Assembly (NCBI GenBank): GCA_045635365.1
Contig: JAZRCB010000039.1
Location: 65,986-129,985 of the forward strand
Source of the DNA: Candidatus Onthomorpha sp.
GTDB lineage: Bacteria; Bacteroidota; Bacteroidia; Bacteroidales; P3
Direction: 5' to 3'
DNA length: 64,000 nucleotides
The translations under genes and the position numbers were made by a program. The notes beneath the pieces were generated by a model. It saw only the letters and a list, made by a program, of their open reading frames with translations, was not told the origin of the DNA and did no database searches. Positions within the stretch are counted from its first letter, which is position 1. Every line of letters starts with the position of its first letter. Shown here piece by piece: positions 1 to 8,487 of the stretch.

Positions 1-690
1 TTCATATTCAGAAGGTAAAAACTCTGTAACAAATCCTCTACAAAGATTCATTGCATGCTCTGTATTAAAATAAGAGTCATGTCTTGCTGCTAAACTTAAA
101 AAACCATCTGTCCAATAAGCAGCTTCTCCTCCCCTATTAGAAACATCTACAACCGTTGCAACATAACCTTGTTCTGCTTCTTTATTAAAAATAATACAGC
201 CTTTATCTAACTTATTTATATTAATTCCATTTTCGCTTTCTATTTCAAAGCCATCTCCTTTTGGAAAAACCTTTAAATAAGTTTCTTTATTCTCTGATTT
301 AAAAATACCAACAGCATCTACCACTTCTCCATCTATAAAACATTGACTAAGATATGTGATATATAATTCTCCTGATTTAATATTAGGGTGTTCACTTACC
401 TCATAAAGATATTGCGCCATTTTAACGCTTTGAGCATACAGCTCATTTATATCGCGAAATATTTCCTTAACACATTGAAACACCAAATTATTTTCAAGAT
501 TTACTTCCGAAAAAAGATGATAGGTTTGAGGAGATTTAAAATTTGAAGTAAAGTACTTTAATAATATTGCTCCAATTTCTCCATGAATCATAAAAGGTGC
601 AGGGGAAATTTTCAAGGGTTCATTATTTGTTTTATTACCCACCCTATGCACAACCATTTTTTCTATTATAGCATCATCACAAGTTATCAT
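1..690 (-). CDS. Nucleoid-associated protein, NdpA/YejK (NA37)-like; N-terminal 230 codons, C-terminus beyond the window edge
   Basis: Not in the ORF track because it runs off the edge. My translation of the minus strand from ATG (690-688) gives MITCDDAIIEKMVVHRVGNKTNNEPLKISPAPFMIHGEIGAILLKYF..., open down to nt 1. I associate the 'VHrVGNK' N-terminus with Bacteroidota NA37-family proteins (from memory, not a search). The start lies 2 nt after the stop (695-693) of the upstream gene. Confidence 0.5.
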   Translation of the reverse strand, partial: MITCDDAIIEKMVVHRVGNKTNNEPLKISPAPFMIHGEIGAILLKYFTSNFKSPQTYHLFSEVNLENNLVFQCVKEIFRDINELYAQSVKMAQYLYEVSEHPNIKSGELYITYLSQCFIDGEVVDAVGIFKSENKETYLKVFPKGDGFEIESENGININKLDKGCIIFNKEAEQGYVATVVDVSNRGGEAAYWTDGFLSLAARHDSYFNTEHAMNLCRGFVTEFLPSEYE

Positions 691-692
691 CT

Positions 693-2801
693 CTATTCTC
701 CTTTATGATATTTATTCCATTTTATTAAATTCTTATTGTAGCTTTTAATAAGAGTCTTAAACCACTTATCCTCTCCATACTTATCAATCAATCTATTTGA
801 TTGAGCAATTTTATCATTTCTCTTTGTTTCTTCCAAAGACATCATCTTTCCTAATTGCTTTTGTATCTTTTTTGTATGACGTGCTTTATATCCGAACTCT
901 TTTAAAGCAGCTAATGCTTCAACACCTTGTTCATATTGTCTATATTTTATTAAGCTCTCAATAGTATTAATAGCTAATTGGTCACTTCCAAATTCATAGA
1001 TAACATCTTTTATAGGCTTATGTTGAACACTCATTTCTCTCAAGTTATGAAGAATATAGAAATTCTCCAAAGCAGCATATTCTTTTAAATATCTTGTAGT
1101 ATCGCCTTGCTCCAATAATTCAGCAACTATTTCTTTCTTTTTAACATACTCTAAAGGCTGTTCTATTTGACGTTTTAAAGCTCTTAATCTTTGTTTATTC
1201 AATCTACATTCACTACTACCCTTTATCTGCATTCCTATATTTATGTATTCTTCTGCCAAATAAAAATCATTCTTTCTAATACAATCCAATATATTATGCA
1301 CCATTACATCAACCTCTTCTTGTTTCTTTTGACAAACTCTTTGATCTATTGCTCTCAAATAATTATTCATTATCTTAACAACAACACTATCATCTTTCAT
1401 CTTATATTTTGCAAGCAATGTTTCTGTAATTGCAACTAAACTATCTGCAGTTTGAACATCATCTTGGAATATAGCATATTCAGCCTTATTCATTCTTTTT
1501 GCAGTCACCTCTCTTATTGCAGCAATATTATCTTCAGATAATTTAGACTTAGACTTAATATTTGGTAATTCATTAGTTTGTTCTAAAAACTCAACAGCCT
1601 TTGCATGACTATTAACCTTTACATAAACAAACTTATCTTCAATTTCTTTGATTTCTTTTTCAACATTAGTAGTTGTATCTTTTACAAACTCCGGATACTT
1701 ATCAGCATAACCTGTATTAGGAGCAGCATTTTCTAAAGAATCTAAAACAGGGTCAGATGTATTAGTTGTACCTTGCATCATAGCAATCTGTTTCAATACC
1801 CCACTTTCATAATCACCACCCAACATAGAAGCCAATTCTTTAGCCTTATGGATTAAATCCACTCTTGCCTCATTATTTTTAGCATCTACCATTCCTCTTG
1901 CAGCAGAAAGATAACTATCTACAACGATTTTTACCATATCATCAAAATCAGAAGTATCACTTATTTCTCCTCTATTTCTTTGGAAATAATCATAAGTATT
2001 AACCAAGAAATCACCTGCCACTTTATTTTTTTGCTTATCAACAGCAAGTTTTGATACCTTTATATGATCTTGATAAATTCCGTTTTTACATATAGAAATA
2101 TTCTTATCTATAACATTAGACTTACATATATTTAAAGGATCTTTCTTACAATAAGATTGCAATTGCAACAAAATATCTTCTGCATCAGAAAACTTACCTT
2201 CTTTTATAAAGGCTAAAGAAGTAATAAGATTCTTATCGTATGTAAAAACCAAAAGATTTTTACACAACATACTTTCTTCTTCACTAATAGATTTATCTTG
2301 AAGAACACTTATCAATCTATCACTTGCTTTACTTACTTGTAAAGAATCTAAATTAATCTTTGCCAACTCATAATTTGCCATTACATTTAAAGAATCAGCC
2401 TCAACACTCTTTAACAAATATTCATAAGCCTCTTGAGTTTTGTTATTCAAATTAGCAAAAACAGCCCTCTTATAATACCAATCACTCATTCTTGGAATCA
2501 TAAATTCAACTATTTCATTATTTTGAGCGACAATAGTCTTTAATTCTAAACTCTTTGCATAAATATCATTATCAAAATTATTTACTTTTTGTTTTTTCAA
2601 AAACTCTTCAGCCTGCTCCAATTGATACTTATAAACCTTCATCATATCAAAATTCTCACTACTTATAGAAGAAATAGTTTTGATATGCTTATTGTATTGA
2701 GAAATAATATCTTTTTTTGCTGAAGGCGACAAAACTTGTGCATATAAGCCACAAACAAAAAGTGTAAAAAATAGAAATACAAATAACTTTTTAACTCTCA
2801 T
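693..2801 (-). CDS. Hypothetical secreted, helix-rich (TPR-like) protein, 702 aa
   Basis: ORF track, ATG start. Signal peptide MRVKKLFVFLFFTLFVCGLYAQ. K/E-rich with helical character. No family recognised. A -7 box lies 20 nt upstream. Confidence 0.7.
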   Translation of the reverse strand: MRVKKLFVFLFFTLFVCGLYAQVLSPSAKKDIISQYNKHIKTISSISSENFDMMKVYKYQLEQAEEFLKKQKVNNFDNDIYAKSLELKTIVAQNNEIVEFMIPRMSDWYYKRAVFANLNNKTQEAYEYLLKSVEADSLNVMANYELAKINLDSLQVSKASDRLISVLQDKSISEEESMLCKNLLVFTYDKNLITSLAFIKEGKFSDAEDILLQLQSYCKKDPLNICKSNVIDKNISICKNGIYQDHIKVSKLAVDKQKNKVAGDFLVNTYDYFQRNRGEISDTSDFDDMVKIVVDSYLSAARGMVDAKNNEARVDLIHKAKELASMLGGDYESGVLKQIAMMQGTTNTSDPVLDSLENAAPNTGYADKYPEFVKDTTTNVEKEIKEIEDKFVYVKVNSHAKAVEFLEQTNELPNIKSKSKLSEDNIAAIREVTAKRMNKAEYAIFQDDVQTADSLVAITETLLAKYKMKDDSVVVKIMNNYLRAIDQRVCQKKQEEVDVMVHNILDCIRKNDFYLAEEYINIGMQIKGSSECRLNKQRLRALKRQIEQPLEYVKKKEIVAELLEQGDTTRYLKEYAALENFYILHNLREMSVQHKPIKDVIYEFGSDQLAINTIESLIKYRQYEQGVEALAALKEFGYKARHTKKIQKQLGKMMSLEETKRNDKIAQSNRLIDKYGEDKWFKTLIKSYNKNLIKWNKYHKGE

Positions 2802-2820
2802 AACATAATATTTTAGTTCG

Positions 2821-2828
2821 CAAAGGTA
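2821..2828 (-). promoter_or_regulatory. Bacteroidota -7 promoter box (TACCTTTG on minus strand)
   Basis: CAAAGGTA on + is TACCTTTG on -, matching the TAnnTTTG consensus. It lies 20 nt upstream of ATG 2801. Confidence 0.5.
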
Positions 2829-2860
2829 ATAAAAATTTCACTACTACTTTATTTTTATTG

Positions 2861-2868
2861 TATCTTTG
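2861..2868 (+). promoter_or_regulatory. Bacteroidota -7 promoter box (TATCTTTG)
   Basis: Matches TAnnTTTG, 22 nt upstream of ATG 2891. The track's TTG start at 2858 therefore probably lies in promoter DNA. Confidence 0.5.
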
Positions 2869-2890
2869 CCATTCAAAAATAATAACGCAA

Positions 2891-3886
2891 ATGAAGAAAA
2901 ATAATTACACTCTCATATTAAGTATTTGTGCAATAATACTTAGCACATGTGCAATTAGTCTAAACTTTTTCACAATGGCTAAAAGCAAACCTGATGAAGA
3001 AGAAATATATAAAACATCTATAAGACAACATTTACAACATTTTTCAGCACCTATCCCACAAGAATTAAGTTTTTGTGGAGAAGAAGTACCCTTAGACAAT
3101 ATATTTGTAAGAGAAGCCTTAGACAGAGAACTCACCTCAATGATGTATCAACACAATTCTACATTCTTGATACTAAAAAGAAGTTATAGATTTATGCCAG
3201 AAATAGAACATTACCTAAAAGAATTTGGAGGACATGATGACTTGAAATACCTTGCAGTAGCAGAAAGTGCATTATCCGATGTTATATCTCCAGCAAAAGC
3301 AGCAGGATTTTGGCAATTTATGGCAAAAACAGCAAAAGAATATGGACTTGTAGTAACAGAAGAATGGGACGAAAGATATGATTTAAGAAAAGCAACACAA
3401 GCAGCAGTAAAATATTTAACAGCCTCTTATAATCGTTTAGGTAATTGGCCACTTGCATGTGCAGCATACAATTGTGGAGAAGGAGGACTTAAAAGACAAA
3501 TGACAAAACAAGACTGCAATGACTATTGGGGATTAAGCCTTAACACAGAAACCTCACGCTATGTTTATAGAATATTAGCATATAAAATCCTATTAGAAAA
3601 CCCACAACAATACGGATTCTATGTAAGAATAAAAGACTGTTATCAACCATTACCATACGAAACAGTAACAATAGACTCTACAATAACAGATATGCCTGCA
3701 TTTGCAAAACATCTAAATTGTCCTTACAAATATTTTAAAATATTGAATCCTTATGTTAGAGCAGACAAATTAACTAACCCTAATAAAAAGCAATATACAT
3801 TCAAGATAATAACACCAGAAAATATTTCTTACTCAAAAATATTAGACAATAACAAATCAAGAAATATCACAGATTATTTAGAATAA
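2891..3886 (+). CDS. Lytic murein transglycosylase (SLT/GH23-type domain), membrane-anchored or secreted
   Basis: SLT-type motifs: AVAESALSDV (candidate catalytic Glu), AAGFWQFM, AYNCGEGG. A hydrophobic N-terminal segment follows MKKNNYTL. Start moved from track TTG 2858 to ATG 2891. Confidence 0.8.
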   Translation: MKKNNYTLILSICAIILSTCAISLNFFTMAKSKPDEEEIYKTSIRQHLQHFSAPIPQELSFCGEEVPLDNIFVREALDRELTSMMYQHNSTFLILKRSYRFMPEIEHYLKEFGGHDDLKYLAVAESALSDVISPAKAAGFWQFMAKTAKEYGLVVTEEWDERYDLRKATQAAVKYLTASYNRLGNWPLACAAYNCGEGGLKRQMTKQDCNDYWGLSLNTETSRYVYRILAYKILLENPQQYGFYVRIKDCYQPLPYETVTIDSTITDMPAFAKHLNCPYKYFKILNPYVRADKLTNPNKKQYTFKIITPENISYSKILDNNKSRNITDYLE

Positions 3887-3912
3887 AAAGAAAGAAACAT
3901 ATAAAACGAAAA

Positions 3913-3951
3913 AAGACTGAGAGAGGAAATCTTTCAGTCTTTTCTTTTTTT
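3913..3951 (+). terminator. Intrinsic terminator after the transglycosylase gene
   Basis: An 11-bp stem, aagactgagag (3913-3923) pairing with ctttcagtctt (3931-3941, one G:U), has a 7-nt loop and is followed by a T-run to 3951. Confidence 0.7.
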
Positions 3952-3952
3952 G

Positions 3953-4025
3953 TGGTGCCACCAGGAATCGAACCGGGGACACAAGGATTTTCAGTCCTTT
4001 GCTCTACCAACTGAGCTATGGCACC
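3953..4025 (-). tRNA. tRNA-Phe (anticodon GAA)
   Basis: The reverse complement folds as a cloverleaf. Acceptor GGTGCCA/TGGCACC; D arm GCTC-AGTTGGTA-GAGC; anticodon arm AAGGA-CTGAAAA-TCCTT (GAA); variable loop GTGTC; T arm CCCGG-TTCGATT-CCTGG (one C:U mismatch); discriminator A. CCA is not encoded. Confidence 0.9.
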
Positions 4026-4094
4026 ATCAGCGATTTTGCGAGTGCAAAGATATAACCTTTTTTGTTTCCCACCAAATATTTTTGGATTTTTTTG

Positions 4095-4102
4095 TACATT
4101 TG
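4095..4102 (+). promoter_or_regulatory. Bacteroidota -7 promoter box (TACATTTG)
   Basis: Matches TAnnTTTG, 23 nt upstream of ATG 4126. Confidence 0.45.
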
Positions 4103-4125
4103 CAAAGTATAAGGAGGAGTTTAAA

Positions 4126-5067
4126 ATGAAATTTTACACAAAGGAAGATAAGTTATTTGAAATGATATGTTCGGATTATCAATTACTTAATGTCATTTCA
4201 CGCTTTAAAATCACTCTGGGATTTGGAGAAAAAAATATTGAAGAAATTTGTGAAGAAAATTCGATAGATTGCAATACTTTTTTAGCAATAATTAACTTTA
4301 CAAAGAATAATGGAGAGAATATTTGGCACTTAAACGACATTTCTTTACAGACTTTATGTGATTATTTACGCCAATCCCACTCCTATTATTTAGACTTTTT
4401 ACTTCCTTCCATAAGAAGACATCTCATAGAAGCCATAGGAATATTCCCAGCTAATGAAATTGCAGGACTAATTCTTAAATTCTATGATGAATACTGCATT
4501 GAAGTACAAAAACACTTAAAAATAGAAGAAAAAGAGATATTTCCATACGTTGAAAAATTAATAAGAGGCGAAGTAGAAGATATAGGAAATTACACAAATG
4601 ATATTACAGCTCTTCATCGCAGACCATTAGACCAAAAGCTTTCTGAACTTAAAAAACTAATCATAAAATACTTCAAAAGCGATACTAATAACTATTTAAT
4701 AAACTCTGTTTTATACAACATCTTCCTTTTAGAAGAGGACTTAATCTGTCACAGCAAATTAGAAACACAATTATTCTTAGAGGAAATAAAGAAATTAGAA
4801 AATAAATACAAAGAAAACCCTTCTTTGATAACAAAAAAGACTTCTGAAGAAGACATTATTTTAAGCGATAGAGAGAAAGATGTTATAATTTGTGTGGTAA
4901 AAGGATTAACCAACAAGGCAATTGCAGAGAAATTATTTATTTCTGTAAACACTGTTACAACTCATAGAAGAAATATTGCTAAAAAATTAAACATACATTC
5001 CTCTGCAGGACTTACCATTTATGCAATAGTAAATAATCTTGTAGATATTAAAGACGTAAATCTATAA
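4126..5067 (+). CDS. LuxR/GerE-family transcriptional regulator with an N-terminal hemerythrin-like (RIC/ScdA-like) sensor region
   Basis: C-terminal GerE helix-turn-helix: LSDREKDVIICVVKGLTNKAIAEKLFISVNTVTTHRRNIAKKL. The N-terminal ~250 aa is helical with spaced His/Glu motifs (RQSHSYYLD, KHLKIEEKEIFPYVE, ICHSKLETQLFLEE). Start moved from track 4018, which overlaps the tRNA, to ATG 4126. Confidence 0.75.
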   Translation: MKFYTKEDKLFEMICSDYQLLNVISRFKITLGFGEKNIEEICEENSIDCNTFLAIINFTKNNGENIWHLNDISLQTLCDYLRQSHSYYLDFLLPSIRRHLIEAIGIFPANEIAGLILKFYDEYCIEVQKHLKIEEKEIFPYVEKLIRGEVEDIGNYTNDITALHRRPLDQKLSELKKLIIKYFKSDTNNYLINSVLYNIFLLEEDLICHSKLETQLFLEEIKKLENKYKENPSLITKKTSEEDIILSDREKDVIICVVKGLTNKAIAEKLFISVNTVTTHRRNIAKKLNIHSSAGLTIYAIVNNLVDIKDVNL

Positions 5068-5080
5068 GTTTAATATAAAA

Positions 5081-5127
5081 TAAAAAAACAAAACCTCACT
5101 ACTTTAAGTAATGAGATTTTATTATTT
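5081..5127. terminator. Hairpin terminator between convergent genes (best on the minus strand)
   Basis: Stem ctcactac (5095-5102) pairs with gtaatgag (5108-5115). This gives 8 bp on the minus-strand RNA (one G:U) and a C:A mismatch on the plus strand. It is flanked by an A-run (5081-5094) and a T-rich run (5117-5127). Confidence 0.6.
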
Positions 5128-5142
5128 CTATCTATTTAAAGA

Positions 5143-5397
5143 TTATTTCTTTGTGTTGCGTAGAACTTTCGTTCCAACAGCAGCTCCACCTAAGCCTAAT
5201 AACAATAATGTTGCCGGTGCTACAGGAACATCAGTATTATTCTTTTCTCTTCTAATTCCTGTACCTTCTTCTGCTTCTCCTGCATCATCATATCCTGCAT
5301 TACCAAACCAATTGATTTCTTTTGTTGGTGGTTGTAATTGGGCAAATGCTGAAAGCGACATTGTTGCTACTACTAATAAAGTTAAAATCTTTTTCAT
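5143..5397 (-). CDS. Small secreted protein (84 aa) with a PEP-CTERM-like C-terminal sorting tail
   Basis: Signal peptide MKKILTLLVVATMSLSAFA/QL, then a short acidic G/A/E-rich ectodomain. The C-terminus is DVPVAPATLLLLGLGGAAVGTKVLRNTKK: a VP..P motif, a Gly-rich TM helix and a basic cluster. It has its own -7 box upstream and a hairpin terminator downstream. The antisense 128-aa ORF is rejected. Confidence 0.7.
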   Translation of the reverse strand: MKKILTLLVVATMSLSAFAQLQPPTKEINWFGNAGYDDAGEAEEGTGIRREKNNTDVPVAPATLLLLGLGGAAVGTKVLRNTKK

Positions 5398-5438
5398 CTT
5401 ATTTCTTTTTTATTTTTTTCTTACTATCTTTCGGACTG

Positions 5439-5446
5439 CAAAGATA
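5439..5446 (-). promoter_or_regulatory. Bacteroidota -7 promoter box (TATCTTTG on minus strand)
   Basis: CAAAGATA on +. It lies 41 nt upstream of ATG 5397. Confidence 0.5.
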
Positions 5447-5471
5447 CATCTTTTTCATTCAATCAACCAAA

Positions 5472-5551
5472 TTTTTTTCAAAGAAAAAATAAATTAATTC
5501 TTTGTTTTATTTTTTTCTTTCTTTGTTTTAATTTTTTAATTCTTTGTTTTA
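5472..5551 (-). repeat. Phased 21-nt CAAAGA(A) direct-repeat array (copy A)
   Basis: TCTTTG on + at 5499, 5520 and 5541 (exact 21-nt spacing), plus an inverted CAAAGA at 5479. It contains the 32-nt core AAAACAAAGAATTAAAAAATTAAAACAAAGA (minus strand) shared with 30895-30975 and 43841-43922. The array opens with the TAA stop (5551-5549) of the upstream gene. Confidence 0.8.
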
Positions 5552-6568
5552 TTCGACTGAGACTAAGTTTTGTATAATTAAATTAAATTTTTGTTTATTA
5601 AATTCTATATTTGCATAGTCTTCTACAAAAGCCTTATTTCTTAGTAAAATCTCTTTTTTATCTAATTCCAAGACTTGTTCTATATAATCTGCTTTTAAGA
5701 TTTCTTCATTTGAGACTATAAGTGAGTTTTCTTTGTGTTTCATCAATCCTTTATATGACGGAAGGTCTGATATTATACATAAACATTCTGCACTCATTGC
5801 TTCCATAAGACTTATTGGGAAAGAGTCTGAGGTTGGTATGGATATATATATCTTACTTTTTGCATAGTATTCTGCATTCTCTTTTTGTGATAGCCAACCT
5901 ACGAATTTTATTTTGTCTTTCACACAAAGGTTTTCTGCTAATTGCTGAAATTCTTTTTCTTTCCCTGTGGCTGCTATCACTAATTGCCAATCGGAATATT
6001 GTGGTTTTGAAACAAATTTTGCAAAGGCTTTAATAACCTCATCTATTCTATATAATGGAGAATGCAGTCTATTAGAATATATTATCTTTTGTTTTTCTAC
6101 TGCTTTTATTGGCTCTATTCCTAAGTTTGCAAGTATGATTTCTTTTCCTTTTGGGCAATATTTTTGCATTTGTTCTAAAAGGTAAGGACTTCCTGCATTA
6201 TAGGCTTGTGAGTTTTTTAATATATATTTCAACATTGCCTTATATAGAAATCCTCTTTTAGGCATTACTAATATATCACTGCCTATTCCTATGGAAAATA
6301 CTGGTATTTTATATTTTTTATTGGATAAAACAGCAATGAATGCAGTTAGATTGAGCTGATATAAAACAAGTACATCAGCTTTAGTTTTAGAGATTATTTC
6401 TTTAAGACTTTTTAGGGCTTTGAAGAAGTTTTTAATCCCAAAATCTATTCCTTCTTCCAATAGTTTTACTTCATACTTTTCTGTGAAAAATTGGCTTAAA
6501 CGCTGTGTATGTATGCTTTTAGGATTTCCTATTATAAGCAAGGTTTTATTCTTCATTAGTTTTGTCAA
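5549..6568 (-). CDS. Glycosyltransferase, GT-B fold / family 4 (group 1)
   Basis: 339 aa. The C-terminal region KIYISIPTSDSFPISLMEAMSAECLCIISD is typical of the GT4 nucleotide-sugar binding half. It overlaps the upstream gene's 3' end by 23 nt (11 nt if MKNKTLL at 6556 is the start). Confidence 0.75.
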   Translation of the reverse strand: MTKLMKNKTLLIIGNPKSIHTQRLSQFFTEKYEVKLLEEGIDFGIKNFFKALKSLKEIISKTKADVLVLYQLNLTAFIAVLSNKKYKIPVFSIGIGSDILVMPKRGFLYKAMLKYILKNSQAYNAGSPYLLEQMQKYCPKGKEIILANLGIEPIKAVEKQKIIYSNRLHSPLYRIDEVIKAFAKFVSKPQYSDWQLVIAATGKEKEFQQLAENLCVKDKIKFVGWLSQKENAEYYAKSKIYISIPTSDSFPISLMEAMSAECLCIISDLPSYKGLMKHKENSLIVSNEEILKADYIEQVLELDKKEILLRNKAFVEDYANIEFNKQKFNLIIQNLVSVE

Positions 6569-8486
6569 GTTGTTCGTAAATACTATTATTGCTCTTATAA
6601 GTCTTTACTAATTGCTTTATATTAGATACTATATTAAAGTCTTGTTCTTTGCTATTTTCTTTAAGAATTTCTTGCATTTGCTCAATAGAGACTCTTACTA
6701 ATTCAAGGTCTATTTCTTGATGTTTAGCTTTGAATATCTTTTTATGATAGGTTGGAAGTGTGTTTTCTGTTTCACAAAGAAGTTCTTCATATAATTTTTC
6801 TCCACTTCTTAAACCTGTGAATGCTATATCTATATCTTCGTATGGTTTAAAGCCAGAGAGTTTTATCATTCTTTCAGCAAGGTCTAATATCTTTACGGGT
6901 TTACCCATATCAAACAAGAATATTTCTCCACCTTGTCCCATAGTAGCTGCTTCTAACACTAATCTACTTGCTTCAGGTATTGTCATAAAGTAACGAGTGA
7001 TATCTTTATGAGTGACTGTCAAAGGTCCACCTTTTAGAATTTGTTGTCTAAACAAAGGAATAACAGAACCATTAGAACCAAGTACATTTCCAAATCTTGT
7101 AGTTATAAATTTAGTATTTCCCCTCTTTTGAGAGTCTAATTGTTTTATATAGATTTCAGCATATCTTTTTGTAGCACCCATTACATTTGTTGGATTTACA
7201 GCTTTGTCTGTTGAAATCATTATGAATTTCTCAACATTAAATTCCAAAGAAAGGTCAGCCACATTCTTTGTTCCCATGATATTTACACTTGCAGCCTCGT
7301 ATGGAGCTCTTTCCATCATAGGTACATGTTTATATGCAGCAGCATGAAAGACTATCTCTATATTATATTTTTGGAATATGTCTTTTAAGCGTTTTTTATC
7401 TCTAACATCTGCTATCTCTATATGTTTTTCTATATGTGGATATCTGTTTGTGATTTCATTTTCTATGTGATAAAGAGGTGTTTCAGCTTGGTCTAAAAGT
7501 ATAAGACGAGTTGAATAAAGAGAAAGTTGTCTTACAATCTCACTTCCTATACTTCCTGCTGCTCCTGTGATAAGTATAGTTTTGTTTTGCATCTCTTGTG
7601 AGATTATTTCTCTATTGATATTTATTTCTTCTCTACCTAAAAGATCTTCAATCTGTATTTCTGTAATTTGATTTGGTTGTAGTTTACCTTCTGTCCAAGT
7701 TTTAATTGGAGGAACAGTAAGCACCTTTACATTATTAGCATGACATAGTTCAAAAATTTCATTTTTACGTTCTATACTTATTCTATTTGTTGCAATAATT
7801 AATTGGTCTATGTCTTTGTACTTTATTACATATTCTTGTTTATCTCTACCATAGATTTTTTGTCCGAAGATTGTTTTTCCTTGTAAGTTTGGATCATCAT
7901 CAATAAAGCCTTTAATGTAATATTTTCTTGTTCCACTAATTAGAGTATTTGCAGTAGCAGTTCCTGTACGACCTGCTCCAAATATTACAACTTGAGTATT
8001 AAGATTAGTATTAATTCCAGATTTATAAGCCTTTTCAAACAACCAACGAACAAACATTCTAAACATAAATAAGCCTATAAAACTTATGCAAGCATTTACT
8101 AATATCAATTCTTTAGGTACATAATCTATGTGATTTACTACTTTATAAACCGAATTTACAATCAAAAGAAGTGTTGTTGGAATTAGGATTGCTAAAAGTA
8201 TTCTCAACATATCACTGAATGAAGAATAACGTATTACACTTTTGTTTATGCGAAATATGTGCAAGAATATTATTATGCTAAATAAACTTATGAATATAAA
8301 TCTTATAGAATAGAGGTCATAAGGGAAATTAAACCACGTCTCCTTTAAGGAAAGCAAAACCCCTGATATGATTATAGAGAGAATTATTATAAAAGAATCT
8401 ATTAGAGATATAAGCCATGCTGGGATATATCTTTTAGACATAAAACTATCTATAAATTTTAACATTTTATGATAAAGACGATTCAT
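6546..8486 (-). CDS. Membrane-anchored polysaccharide biosynthesis NDP-sugar 4,6-dehydratase/epimerase (CapD/WbpM/PglF-like)
   Basis: 646 aa with N-terminal TM helices. Two Rossmann motifs (VVIFGAGRTGTA; ILITGAAGSIGSE) and HAAAYKHVPMME (YxxxK) match the CapD family layout. Confidence 0.85.
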   Translation of the reverse strand: MNRLYHKMLKFIDSFMSKRYIPAWLISLIDSFIIILSIIISGVLLSLKETWFNFPYDLYSIRFIFISLFSIIIFLHIFRINKSVIRYSSFSDMLRILLAILIPTTLLLIVNSVYKVVNHIDYVPKELILVNACISFIGLFMFRMFVRWLFEKAYKSGINTNLNTQVVIFGAGRTGTATANTLISGTRKYYIKGFIDDDPNLQGKTIFGQKIYGRDKQEYVIKYKDIDQLIIATNRISIERKNEIFELCHANNVKVLTVPPIKTWTEGKLQPNQITEIQIEDLLGREEININREIISQEMQNKTILITGAAGSIGSEIVRQLSLYSTRLILLDQAETPLYHIENEITNRYPHIEKHIEIADVRDKKRLKDIFQKYNIEIVFHAAAYKHVPMMERAPYEAASVNIMGTKNVADLSLEFNVEKFIMISTDKAVNPTNVMGATKRYAEIYIKQLDSQKRGNTKFITTRFGNVLGSNGSVIPLFRQQILKGGPLTVTHKDITRYFMTIPEASRLVLEAATMGQGGEIFLFDMGKPVKILDLAERMIKLSGFKPYEDIDIAFTGLRSGEKLYEELLCETENTLPTYHKKIFKAKHQEIDLELVRVSIEQMQEILKENSKEQDFNIVSNIKQLVKTYKSNNSIYEQLDKTNEE

Positions 8487-8487
8487 A

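Noticed and set aside
3953-4025. tRNA-Phe as a pseudogene, or as the attachment site of an integrated island
   Set aside because: Apart from one C:U mismatch in the T stem, the cloverleaf is canonical. I found no integrase gene and no direct repeat of the tRNA 3' end within the window.
5111-5497. 128-aa plus-strand ORF antisense to the 84-aa gene
   Set aside because: It has low-complexity F/L/I-rich ends and no signal or family features. Its middle is simply the reverse reading of the G/A/P-rich 84-aa gene. The promoter box and terminator fit the minus-strand gene.
6546-6568. Gene overlaps (6546-6568, 12291, 23836-23839, 53285-53300, 58340-58356, 63933-63946) as signs of frameshifted pseudogenes
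   Set aside because: Each partner has a complete, family-consistent ORF with its own start. Short overlaps are typical of translationally coupled operons.
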